Below, piece by piece: positions 25,507 to 37,774 of a DNA stretch of 64,000 bases. Within the stretch, counting starts at the first letter, position 1; each line of letters starts with the position of its first letter. The notes beneath the pieces are model-generated. The model was not told the DNA's origin, made no database searches, and saw only the letters and a list, made by a program, of their open reading frames with translations. The position numbers and the translations under genes are program-made. Source of the DNA: Podarcis filfolensis (lineage: Eukaryota). The stretch is from NCBI GenBank assembly GCA_964270895.1, contig OZ185436.1; one strand, given 5' to 3'.

Positions 25507-25745
25507 ATTTATTTATTTCAAACAATTTATATACCGCTTGATTGTAAAAAGCCTCAATGCAGTTTACAGAAAGAATAAAACGGCATTTATTAGTAAAAAC
25601 AATCAAAACTTCCAGAAAATTGAAACCAGCAATGAACTAAAAACACACCAGCATTTTAGCTATCTATCTGAACAAAAATGTTTTTAGCAGGCCTCAAAAT
25701 GAATACAGTGAAGGCACATACCTGATAGCAATATCAGGGCTTTTA
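25507..25745 (-). mobile_element. L2 LINE 3' end (antisense)
   Basis: atttatttatttcaaacaatttatataccgcttg tail plus gaacaaaaatgtttttagcagg...gaatacagtgaagg. Confidence 0.65.
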
Positions 25746-25961
25746 TAACTATGCATACAAGAAAGCAGTTTTTGCATACAAATAGGTTCCATTTGTGTGA
25801 TCACAAATGATCACCACTGGTGTATAGTGTTAAATTTTGAAGTTCAGGAGCTCATTGTGACAACTCTCGTAGTCACACCTACAAGCAGAGTCCATTGCCA
25901 TTGCAATAAGGAGTCTCCAATAATTCAGGCTGCTGTGTTGATCCATTATCTATATCCATGT

Positions 25962-25964
<3 letters not shown>

Positions 25965-26004
<40 letters not shown>
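25965..26004. repeat. (CA)n microsatellite
   Basis: Perfect run. Confidence 0.95.
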
Positions 26005-26007
<3 letters not shown>

Positions 26008-26531
26008 CTGATGTCATATTATCAGTCCCACTACTGATATAAATCATGCTTTGAAGCATTTTGACACATATTATTCCAAGTGGGATACAGTCAAAGTGTA
26101 GTCATAGACTTTTCAGAACTTTTGCAGTAGGACACTTTATTATTTCCTTGTTTTCCTCACCACTGTTCATATAGGGTTGGATTCAGTCTTAGTTATGTTT
26201 AGAATAGACTCCCTGAAATCAATGAAACTTAATTACTCCTACTAAGCCTTGATCCGGCCCTTAGTTTTTACAAGTCATCAGAGTTCAGTAGCTGGAGTAA
26301 TTAAGACAAAGGGGGTGGGGGAGAAGAAAACAGAATTACTTTGCTTCACAGGAGATGTGTCATTATTTGTGATGACAAAATAATGCCCTAAAAATAAAGG
26401 AAGTGTTGAGAAGTAAAAATATCTTCATACCAGTTGCAAAAGTTATACTGGGGACATCAGCCTCCAAGACAAAAGAACCTGTGAATGCAGCAAGTGCATG
26501 CACAAGTTATCCAATGTGGCTGCAAGTCTAA

Positions 26532-26598
26532 TAGCAGTAGTAGTAATAAATAATAATAATAATAATAATAATAATAAGAAGAAGAAGAAGAAGAAGAA
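26532..26598. repeat. Compound (AGT)(AAT)(GAA) microsatellite
   Basis: Consecutive trinucleotide runs. Confidence 0.9.
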
Positions 26599-27017
26599 GT
26601 TGTATCCAGTGAAGACTTGAATGAATGGGAGGGGGGAAGCAACCCCAGTGCAGATTGGTTTCCTCTGCCAGATGTGGGTGGAGATCTCTCAAGAATGAAG
26701 AGCCTTAGAAAGGCATCACTGCATCCAATGCGATATTAATAACAAATAATTATAATGAAGAAAGGGGGTTAAAGAACCAATAATAGGGTAGCTTTATTAG
26801 GACAACCAGTTGTGTTTTTAAATCAGCTGTGTTCTCATTATGTCCTATTACGCAGAAATGTGGCAGATGAAGTCCTTCTTCCCTTAGCCTAAACTACAGA
26901 AGGGATAAGTTGAGTTTGGCTTTAGAATGGACCTTTAAAGGACTTCCTGCGCAACAGAATCGTTTGGTCGGTGACAACTGTGTACATAATAACTTAAGAG
27001 CAAGTCTTCTCGGTTAG

Positions 27018-27107
27018 CAGCACAATTCCAGTCATAAATACTCAGAAGTAAGTTCCGTTGAATTCAGTGGGGTTTATTTCCAGGTAAGTGGAGTTAGGAT
27101 TGCAGCC
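27018..27107 (+). mobile_element. 90-bp hairpin MITE (PIF/Harbinger-like)
   Basis: cagcacaattcc...aggattgcagcc imperfect palindrome; flanks tag/tta resemble a TWA target. Confidence 0.7.
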
Positions 27108-27164
27108 TTAACTGTTCCCCCACCACCTACAGCTGCATACAATGAAAGGGAAAAGTACATTGTT

Positions 27165-27437
27165 TTCTCGTGCTCCAGAGGGCAGGACCTGAACCAATGG
27201 CTTCAAGTTGCAAGAAAGGAGATTCTGACTAAATATCAGGAAGAACTTTCTGACAGTAACAGCTGTTCATGAGTAGAACTGACTCCCATGGTGGTGGACT
27301 CTCCTTCCTTGGAGCATTTTAAGCAGAGGTTGGATGGCCATCTGTTATGGATGCTTCAGCTGAGATTCCTGCACTGCAAGGGGTTGGAATAGATGACCCG
27401 CAGGAACCCTTCCAACTCAACAATTCTATGATTCTAT
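27165..27437 (+). mobile_element. CR1 LINE 3' end
   Basis: CR1 ORF2 end (aatggcttcaagttgcaagaaaggagattc...ctaaatatcaggaagaactttctgac) and attctatgattct terminus. Confidence 0.9.
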
Positions 27438-27961
27438 TATTAACAAAACAAAGCAGATGAGGGATTTACGATTTTGTTCAAAAGCATATGCTACAATGAG
27501 AGGCGGCTATTCAAACAAGAAAACATCTTCAAAATGTCATTGAAACACTTGGGAATTTTTTTAATGAAATGTTTGGCAGAATTTGGCATGTATCCTGCTA
27601 CCAGTAGGAAGTCTTATACAAGGATTCAGAAAACCCAATGCCATCTGCGGATGGTGGATTTAACACTTAATTAGTTATGGTTTATGCTTGCACTGAACAC
27701 AGCCAGAATGCTTTAGCAGATGCTGTGCCCACACATAAAGGCAGAAAGATTTCCTCTAGCTGCACCTCCATTAGAGCCAGAAGATTTCTTCATCCTAGGC
27801 CAAAGAGTCCACACACAACTAACAGCAGTTTATGGAAGAGGGAGCAAATGGGGACAATATCACCACTGGCTGATAATTTGATAGGAAGCTTAAAAATAAA
27901 AGTGTGTGTGTATCTGTCTGAAGAAAGCCACTTTCCAGCATTCTACCTACAAGCTCCCAAT

Positions 27962-28064
27962 CCTATGTTTAGGGAAGTTTTTAATGTTTGAAGTGTTATT
28001 CTGTTTTTAGTGCTCTGTTGGAAGCCACCCAGAGTGGCTGGGGAAACCCAGCCAGATAGGCAGG

Positions 28065-28108
<44 letters not shown>
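27962..28108 (+). mobile_element. L2 3' tail with (AAT)n
   Basis: tagggaagtttttaatgtttga...ccagagtggctggggaaacccagccagat followed by (AAT)n. Confidence 0.85.
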
Positions 28109-28744
28109 TGCATCTTCACACAGAAGGTTAGCTGAACTGGGATGCTCCTGACTTAGTGTGCTTAGGAATTCAGTCCAATAAAGTTAACCTGGATCACAGT
28201 TCAGCGGGGATCGAAATTTCCACACTTCACTTTGCTGCATGTTTTGTGATTTTAAATCTCTGCTGGGGCTCTCCCCACAAAGAGTACTTGCCTAGATCTA
28301 GGCATCCAGGGAATTTTCCGTTTTATTCTACCACATCTATTGTATTATTTAACCACAAAACCAACAGTTTGATGGCTGGCCACCCTTAAACAGGTTCCCT
28401 GTTCAAGCCATAGCAGGCTTAACGACATTCAATCAGTATAATAAATGTGAAGGAAATACATTGCTTGATGTTATCGCAGGTGTCTATCTAACGTGACCTA
28501 GATTATTGTCAGGGAAATGTAAACCCTATCCAGTCATTTCCCCTCATGCAGTTACAATTGCAGGTTGGTGGGGGTGAATGGAGGGACTGCCCTTCCCTGA
28601 CCTCAGCCCCTTCCTCGTGCCTTCACCACTTGGTCCATGTGCCTCTCACATGTTGGAGAGGTTACCTTCTACCAACAGGGAGCCTAAGGTAAGCATGCCA
28701 ACTGACTAGCCTTGTTTAATTCAAGCTCAAAGAGTGGGAATATG

Positions 28745-29091
28745 CAGCGGCGGAGCAAGCTGATCAGGCACCTGGGGCGGCACGCGTGCCCTATGCTGGG
28801 GGGGGGGGGGACAGCCACCCGTGGGGGCAGGGCAAGCCGGGGCAGGACATTTTGTGGGGCCTCCGAGAAGTCTACCTGCCTCCTCCCACTCAGCCACCCT
28901 ACAACTGAGGGGGTGGTGGCGGGCAGACCGTTTGGGCAGCACGGAGCCTGCGCGCGCCCAAGCAACCGTGTCTCTCCCAGAAGAGATGTGCGGCTCAGGC
29001 ACGCTGCAGGGCCCACGGTGAGTGCTGCCTGGCATTTTGTCACCCCCTCAGCGGTGACACCAGGGCAAACTGCCCCCTTCCTCCACCCCTG
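28745..29091. mobile_element. GC/CpG-rich hAT MITE, 347 bp
   Basis: Ends cagcggcggagc / cctccacccctg; 8-bp TSD ggaatatg/agaatatg (7/8). Confidence 0.8.
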
Positions 29092-31151
29092 AGAATATGA
29101 GAGTTACCTGGAAGCTGTTCCGCAGTGTTGCTACCATCTCAGTTTGCTTGTTTGTTTTCACACTCTTACCTGTTCATTCCATCTGACTTTGCTCAGTATG
29201 GAATTAGACAAGCCAAATTCAGCGATTTGCTTTGAGTGCCTGACCTGAAAGAAGCCGCAGTAATGGCTTTGGCTTGGGAGGGACCTGTGAAATCCCAATC
29301 TATTAGAGAGCACGGTGCCCCTAGGAAAGCCGTGGCTCACTTCCACTAAGTAAGCTAAGCCAGCCTCATGCTACTGACTGATAAATGGAGCGATATTGGC
29401 TTTAAGGTCTGGAGGCAGATGCTCCCAGTTCCTCCAGATTGAAATCAGAGTGAAGCAGGCAAGATGCCATCTGGAAGGAAAGAGGCCCTGCCTGTACTGT
29501 GTACAAACGGTGGGCCTTGAATAATGAATGTCAAAATGCATTGTCTTTTAGATTCTTGAACATTATATCATTAAAGCATCTCGTAATTCCAAAAGTCGCA
29601 AAACACACTAGTATATGACCAAGCAAGAGTTCACTCAAAACCTCTGATACTTGGTTTTCTGATTAGTGTATAGAGGAGCATTTGGGGGTGGGGTGGGGTT
29701 GTGTGACGAACTCCCAAGATCTGGCAGAAATTAGAATAACTAACACTTGCCGCGTCTTCTTGCTAAAAACACCCTGGTATCAATAAACATAACTCTTCTG
29801 AAGAATCCCCCTCCTCAGAGGGGAAACAATAAATTATTGGTGTATCTGGATGGAATATAAAAGAGTTGCTCAATGAGTGTTCAGGCTGCAGGGATATTAT
29901 TGGGAAGGTGGGCGAGGGGTATAATTGCACATTTGAGCATGTTGTTTACTCCCACCTCTTGATAGATTGCAGCTGTAAAAATGAGAATGAGCATCTAGGT
30001 TGTTATGCAAAGAACAATCACTTGTGAACGCAAGCAGTGGAGGAATGGAAAGCCTGACCAAGAACAAAAACTTAAGTCCAGCTGATGAAAAGCTTAAGGC
30101 AAAAATATAATGGTCAATTTCTTGGCTGGACAGAGAAAGAACAGCAATTCTCTTGGCCCTTTCAGGCCATTCAGCCTACTTTTCTCACCCAGACACATGC
30201 CCATCATGACAATTTCTGATGAATCTGCATGAACTCCAAATACAAAGGCAATTGAACATTCCCCTACATCTGAACATTTGAAAAGGCCAGAATATGAATA
30301 TTTTGTAGTGACCTTTAGCATACACTTAATGACATCTGAAATAATCTTGTTTGTAACACGATATGAGGGCTCGAAATAATGGGTGATCCAAGTCATAACC
30401 CAGTTTTTTAAATTCTTTTTTTTTAAAAAAAAGAACATCAGGAATATATTGTGACTCTTTCCTGTTGCAACAGCTTGTCATTTCTGCATAAATCGCTGTC
30501 ATTACAGCCACTTTGGAGATTTAGGCTCATCCATATGACCCTGCTGCTAGTGCAGTATGGGTACCACTGTATCACTCTTAAAACCACCTTTAAATAGAAT
30601 GCTATATAAGCTTGATGGCTGTTACTGTATGGGATCCCAGAGTTGACACAAGAATATGAGCTGCTCCTTTAGCTGGAGATCAGATCCTGATGAACCTCAT
30701 TATAAGACTGGGCCATAAGGCACTTTTGAAAGTTTCACCCATGGCCATTAAAGTCAGCAACATTTCTGAATCTGCTGAGTGTTTTTATTTCAAGCTGTTG
30801 CATCTGCTGAAGGTAGAAAAATTCAACAACTTGAAGCATCACAGAGATAGAAGCAATTGTTTTTAAAGCTCCCACGTAGTGCAAGTCTTGTACTCTTGAA
30901 CTCATTATCTTAACAAGGTGTGTGATCATCAACACAAACTGAAGGCCAAGCAATTCCCATCAGGAGACTGTTAGTGACCTAGAAAATTATGGAACACAAC
31001 TAGACATTATTTTAGTAGAATCAGCTTCCTACTGAAATTGGGAAAGTGAAGGAATAGCTTTTATTTCCCTCATCTTACCTGGTTGATACCAGGACACTGG
31101 GAGTTGTATTCCATTTTACATGGCTGACATTGTGCCAAGTGTACTTAGAGT

Positions 31152-31324
31152 CAGTGCTTTTTTTCTAAAAAAAATGTTTAGGGGTACTCTCATTTTGACT
31201 CAAGAAAATTACCGTTTATAGTTCAAATCGGGGAAAATAAATTCAGTAAATGGACAAAAGTACAAAGATTCACAAAATGTTTAGAGGTATGTGTACCCCG
31301 GCGTCCCCCCAGAAAAAAACACTG
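31152..31324. mobile_element. hAT MITE, 173 bp
   Basis: TIR cagtgctttttttct / agaaaaaaacactg; perfect 8-bp TSD CTTAGAGT (31144-31151, 31325-31332). Confidence 0.92.
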
Positions 31325-34102
31325 CTTAGAGTGTTAAAAAAAGAATAAGCAAAGGTCTTTATTATTGAAAAGTTTTGCAGTGATTTACCTGATGCAGTAG
31401 TAGTGACCACAGGGCTAAAGGTTGAGATGAAAGACACTGACTGGATTGAATGAGACAGCTTTAGGTTAGTCAAAGAAGCAGAGTGCTAACAAACACCAAC
31501 ACCCCCCCTCCCAATATCAAAGGCTTTCTGGTTAATGAACTGAACGTCAAAATGTTCTATATTCTTGCATACAAGATATCTAAAGACTGGAGGAGCACAT
31601 ATGGAAAATAAAGACACACATTACCAAATAGTCTCTATGGTAATGTAAAAGGCAAAGGAGAGAGGGTGACATTCTGGGAATGTCTTCCATTCCATCATTT
31701 ATTCAGTCAAAAAGGTTTCCTTTGTGCTAGATTTTTAATGAGTTTGAAAATGGACTTGGCTTTAAATATTTGAACACCCAGTGACAATTGCTGCAAGTCC
31801 TGAGTACCAGGGTTTGAATTGCCCTTCCCAGGAGCAACAGAAAAGGCAGTTTTTCTTAGAAATCTGTTTGGTGTAAACATGTTGAATAAACCAATAGAAC
31901 AGGGAATGCTGGAGGTTTCCTTCTGTGTTCCCTTTCATTGGTTTTCATGAATTATTACACTGAGGCAGCTGCATTTAAAAACTCTTCTTCCTTCTCTCTC
32001 TCATCACACACACACTTGAGACATGTACGACTTTAACCCTTGGAACTCTCGCTGCCCTCAAACAATTTACTTTCGGTCTGTTGTGGAAGTACCTTTGTAA
32101 CTTTTATATCCATCCATGAGGGAAGGGTCCAATGCTCAGCAGAAATTGACACCAAAAAATGATGCTCAGGAGCTTATGGGAAAATGTGTGGCCAACAATT
32201 CCAGCTTGCTTGCTTATAGTCGCATAGGTGACAAAATGTAAATCCGAACCCTGCAAATATTGGATTGCATCCAATGTTGTCCTGTGCATAGAAGACTCTT
32301 TGATGCAGGGGAGGCTTTTGTGAACTGAATGCATGAAGAAGGGGGAAGTTCCAAACAGTTCTTTATTTCTACTGCTCCTCTGTGTGGCAGCTTCCATAGT
32401 TTTTCTGGAGGATCACCAACCTTCTGGAACAGATTTGGGGGAGGCACAGAAGCCTATAGCAGGAAGAGGAAATCAAGTAAAATCACCTCCCTCCCTCCTG
32501 CTTTCTATTCATGTTTTCTTCTGGATGAAAAAGATTTCCATTCACCGGAAGCACAGCATTGGGTACAACCCATTGATTAGTTGTTCTTACCTTTCTGAAT
32601 TTAATGTTCTCATTGCCCTTTGCTCTCCTTTTCAAATACTCTTCTCTTGACACTACATCATCTCCCTCCACTGATTTTGATCATTTGCTCTTTGGGGAAA
32701 GTTATAGAAAGGGAAGAGCAAACTGGCATGTACAGTGTTAGCGGCGGTGGTTCTCTCCTGGCTGTTGAAGTGGAGAGATCGGCAGGTTGTCAGTCAGTAA
32801 AGTAATGCATCCAGCAAAGCTGCCTGACTCCAGGCTGGAAAGGAACCATCTGCTTCTGATGACAGTACCGAGTTATTGCTGTTAGCAATCATCTGGGCTC
32901 AAGCGAAGCCTGCTAAGCTTTGCTCTGGGGCTTTGGCACAGTGGGGCTCAGCACTGGAAGCTGGTGGGGACAAGTCTCCCAGAGACACATAGTGTAAGTT
33001 TCTTCAGCACATGGGTCTCTGCAGCTGTAGCGCTGCTGGAATGTGCAAAAAGGCAAAACAACTGTGTAGAGAAACAGCCGAGACTTCCGCCATTAGTTTG
33101 TCAACCAACAAACAGGTAAGAAGGGAACATTTCCACAAGCGAGCAAATAGAGGAACCCAGAAAAACTGATCTCATGCATCTGGAGAAGGCATGTACAGAT
33201 CAAAACACAGCCATCCGTCCAAAATCAAAAGCCTTGTTGTGCTCATTCCATTGGTGGAAAACAAAGCGTTGTGTGTGAATGGGCAGACCTAGAGAATATA
33301 ATGGCATAAGCAAAGGATCCTGACATTTCATGTTCCCTATCAAGACATTTTTATATTTCCCCAAAGTAAGAAACTGTCACTGAATTGCCTTGAATTAGAT
33401 CAAACAATTATGCTTTGCTTACAGATTGCATGAATCAATCATGGAACCTGCATTGACACTAATAGCTACCAGTGCAGTTATGCTGCAGTGTGGAATCATG
33501 GAATGGCCAAAATTTAAACTGAAGATGGTATTGAAAATATGAGGACAATAACATTTGGGAATCCCCAAAACCACCCCATCGCAAATGCTGTTTGATTCTC
33601 ATATTTCTATGGGAACATGTGCCCTGGAACCCAGATTTCACAGCTGAATCACAGCTAGTGTTTCAATTGTTGTGCAAAGTCAGGGAAACCTCATGAGCAA
33701 TGATTTCCCACCAGAGAAGTCATAGGTTACACAAGATTTCGTCTAACCTTTGCAGCATTAACATGAGTCAGGGAGATAAGCTTGAATGTGACGAAAATAT
33801 GATTATCGGTGAAATATCACCGTCAAAGTTTGAATCCAGAAATTATTTACAATGGCAGAACTCTCAGTTAGGGGACCACACAATCTGGCTTGGACACCAA
33901 TTTGGACAGTCCACTTCCGTCTGAAATACTTGGGAAGCTGCCAAGGTTTCAGCTCAGGGTCCTGTACCAAATTTCCTTCAGAAAAAAAAGCTTTATTCAC
34001 CTCATTATAAAGGGGAAATAAAAATGGCTATAACTTTCCCCATTTGGGCAAATGTAGAAGCCCTCCCCCCCAGTGGATAATGCCTGCTGAATTACAGACA
34101 AA

Positions 34103-34159
34103 TAATAGAATAATAGAATTGTAGAGTTGGAAGGGACCATGAGGATCATCTGCCCAAAC
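34103..34159 (-). mobile_element. Short CR1 3' tail (antisense)
   Basis: tagaataatagaattgtagagttggaagggacc. Confidence 0.7.
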
Positions 34160-35354
34160 ATGGGGCTTAAAACCATGAGCCTGAGACTAAGAGTCTCATG
34201 CCAAAAGGTCAAGCATTCTTTGTGCTGGGCACCTTTAAAACTGGATTTTTCTCCCAGAAAGAAACCACCCATAGCTTTATCTATTTAGGGGGGGGGGGCA
34301 GAATCATACGAAGTATGAAGGTACAGCAGGAGCAACACAAAGGAAACGAGCTACTAATGCTCTCCCAAACCAAGAATGTTAATTGAGCAGATGCACCTAA
34401 ACCAATTGTTTAGCTGTGTATCAGTTAAAAAAATTTAATAATTAAAGAAACCCAGGGAAAAGAAGATTGATAAATGCAAATAACAGCAAAGTTAAATAAA
34501 AATGTATCAATAAGTTTTTAAACCCCCAGCAAGGATTTGAAATGAAAGGGTAGGAAGGGACTCGGAGGGCAAGCAAAAGTATTTCCACAGAACTCTTTTA
34601 ATAACATCACTGCGGACAAAACTTGCAAAAAAGCACGCAAGAGGAAAGCTATTGTTTACTTCAATAACTCTCCCTCACACTGGGATTGGATTACAAGCTT
34701 GTCAATCACAATGGAGCACTCCATCCCTCCCTCACCCCACCCTGACATTTTCCTTATATAGTAAGTTTAGAGATATTATTTCTGCTTTTAGCAGAAATTG
34801 TTTGCAGTGCTTTTTAATGCCCAAATTGCTGAGGTAGAATGAAACAATTTGTTTGGGGTGGGGGCCCACTTTGGTTCGGGGTGCCTTTCAGATCCTGCTT
34901 TACCTCAGACAATCCCAGAATCCTCCCCAATGCTCCCTACTCTGGGTCACTATTAAAGAGACATTGAAATCCACTAAACACCCCTCCTGACAGTGGTCTC
35001 TTGTTATGAAAGATTCTCGCAGTTACTTCACTGAGTATATCACATAAGTAACACTGGCTGACTGAATACATTTATGAACATGTTATCTGCAAGCTGTTAA
35101 TGCAAATAATGAATGCAAAATCAAAATAGTATCTCACACAGCTATTTAACCTCATCAAAAGGTCCTTATACAACTTTTCAAATTCTAAGGTGTTAGCATG
35201 ATTTATTGCAGATCAATAAATACATAAATCTATGAGACAGCCAAGACTTAAAACATTCCCTGCTGCTAAAACTAATAATGGAAATTCCACAGCAGTGTTC
35301 GCATGGATCTGTTACAAGAAAAACAACACAGTTTTTGTTGGCTATCATAAGACA

Positions 35355-35550
35355 GTTGGTGGCTACCAGCCACAATGGCTAGCTTCTAACTCTATTTTTG
35401 AAGGCAGTATGTCCCTGAACGTCACTTGCTGGGAATCACAGGTGGGGACAATGCTATTGCATTTGGATCCTGCCTTTGGGCTTCCCATAAGAACAGGTGC
35501 TGGGCTAGATGAGCCCTCGAGCTGATCCAGCAAGCTTCTCTCTTAGTCTT
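35355..35550 (+). mobile_element. CR1-superfamily 3' tail (same type as 630-917)
   Basis: gaggcagtatg-like block and gctgggctagatgagccctcgagctgatccagcaagcttctctctt terminus. Confidence 0.65.
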
Positions 35551-36945
35551 GTGGCATAACAAATTTATTATGGCAGAATCTTTCATGGGTGAGAATCCAC
35601 TTCACCAGATGCGTGGAATGTAATGATCAGTTGGCATTTATGTGTACTACTTGCCAACTCATGATAACACTTAATGCATCTGGTGAAGTGAACTCTGGTC
35701 CAAGAAACCTGATGCCAGGAAATAAAAATAAAATAATTCTGTTGGTTGTTAAGCTGTCACAAAACCCTTTGTTTTTTCCAGTGATACAATGATACAAAAC
35801 TCAACGATTCAGTGAGAGAGAATAACTGATGAAATATATTTAAATTATATTCAGTTTTGCATAACACTTTACTGCTGTATTGAGACGTGTACTACTGCAC
35901 TTAGACTGTTTTTTATGTGAATTACCTTGAGCATAGATGTATCTGTGGAAAATGCAGCATATAAATAAATTGATTATGACTATGACTACTAGAAAATTGT
36001 TTTAGATGTCTAGAAAGTAGATGTTTCACTAACCACTGTCAGCAAAGCATATGATACTGAGCTGGACAGATTCAGTGGGATAATTTGCTGAACAAAGCTT
36101 GAAACACTTTGCTGAAGTTACAAAGATGCAAATGGGAGTTGTTTTCAGGCTACTTTTCACACAGAAATTTAAAGACTGATTGCTCAAACGAGAGAATACA
36201 AATGGCGACAGAAGGTTATAAGCAAACTCTTGCATCTGTGAACAAGAGACATGTGGTACACAGACTTTTGTCCAAAAAAGTCATGTATGAAATGAAGCGT
36301 GCATTGTCCCAGTGCTGGATCCAGCCTTCCCACGGAGCAGTTTTTTTTACACACATGATAGAGCAGATATGAATGTGTGTTCATGCAGATGACTTGTATT
36401 TCTTGCATTAAGATGCATAGCATTTATATGGATAGTGCAGGGAGACATTAAAAATGTCTCTGTCTTACAAAAGTTTGAAGTAAAGAAAAAATATTATTCA
36501 CACAGGATTCCAATGAAATGTGATTGTGTATAAGCCACACAATGAATTCTGTAAGGAGTTTTGAGATAATAGGTTTAAATAATGGCTATTCTGTCACACA
36601 TCTGTATATTTGCTTTGGTTTAGATCAATGGCAACCTGAGTATAGCAAGATTATTTAATAAATTAGCTTTCTGTGATGTTACGGCTGAAACAACTGACTT
36701 CTTTTCTTGGTAATGAACTATATTATATTTTCAAATGTAAATAAATGAAACCTTAGGCTTTCTATTTGCTTTCCTTGATTTGTCTAATTCTTCCCTTGGG
36801 GGAATGTATGAGGCACTGACTATATGATAATAGTAAACCATTGGAATGTTAAATTAATTTGTCATTCATTCACTTGCTTGAAGGGTAAGATTTTCCCCAT
36901 TAAATAGAACTGAGAAGCCCTCATAAGGGGCATTTTATATACACA

Positions 36946-37010
36946 CATAGGAACATAGGAAGCTGCCTTATACTGAGTCAGACCAATGGCCCATCTATCT
37001 TAGTATCGCC
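36946..37010 (-). mobile_element. 3' half of tRNA-derived SINE (Squam3-like)
   Basis: cataggaacataggaagctgccttatactgagtcagaccaatgg is the reverse complement of the tail at 43950-43991. Confidence 0.75.
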
Positions 37011-37504
37011 TGTTGCCAACCTTATTGGGTCAGTGTGCACATTTGGAATTTTGAGAAAGTGCTATAGGACCCGGACACAAAATGGCTGCTGTGGGGTTTG
37101 GGGATAACGCAACATGGCTGCCATATTTAAAAGAGCAGAAAAAGAGACCGAAGCACAAAAAGGTGTGGGCTTGCCCCTCATTGCCCCCACATCAATAAAA
37201 AAAGGAACCTACTTCAGTCACCATCACGCTCACTCACAATCAGAAGCTATTTGCACATTGCTTCTGTTCATGGGGAAAAGAGGGTGTGTATCCTGACATC
37301 TAATGTAATCTGGTTGTGTTTCAGGGGTATATTTAATGCAGGAGAGGTTGAATCAGTACAAACATGAAATGAGCAAGTACAGTAAACATTCCCTTTGATG
37401 TTGTGGATTTTTGAGGGGATATATTAACTAAGATCTTTTGCAGGTGTCATAGAAAATAATGGAAGGCACAATGGCAACCATACATATTGCACTATTAACT
37501 CCCA

Positions 37505-37582
37505 ATTGACGGGCAGCTGCTCTCCAAAGTTTCAGTCAAGTGTATTTCTCAGACCTACCTGGATATGCCAACAATTGAATTT
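37505..37582 (-). mobile_element. 5' half of the same SINE type, separated by a ~490-bp insertion
   Basis: ggcagctgctctccaaagtttcag...cctacctggatatgcca matches the SINE middle/head in antisense. Confidence 0.55.
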
Positions 37583-37616
37583 GTGTACAATCATCAGTAT
37601 ACACATCATTGTTTTC

Positions 37617-37774
37617 CAGTGGCGTAGCGTGGGGGGTGCAGGGGGGGCCGGCCGCACCGGGCGCAACATCTGGGGTTAGGGCAAATCCATGGGTTAGGGG
37701 GCGCAAATCCACGGGTTAGGGGGCGCAAATTACTTGCCTCGCCCCGGGTGCTGACAACCCACGCTACGCCACTG
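37617..37774. mobile_element. Young CpG-rich hAT MITE, 158 bp
   Basis: Perfect 16-bp TIR CAGTGGCGTAGCGTGG / CCACGCTACGCCACTG; perfect 8-bp TSD TTGTTTTC (37609-37616, 37775-37782). Confidence 0.95.

Noticed and set aside
28684-29092. CpG-rich ORF cluster resembling a promoter
   Set aside because: It coincides with the 347-bp hAT MITE.
29170-29244. IAEFGLS resembles the kinase IADFGLS motif
   Set aside because: There is no catalytic Asp and no other kinase subdomain nearby; treated as coincidence.
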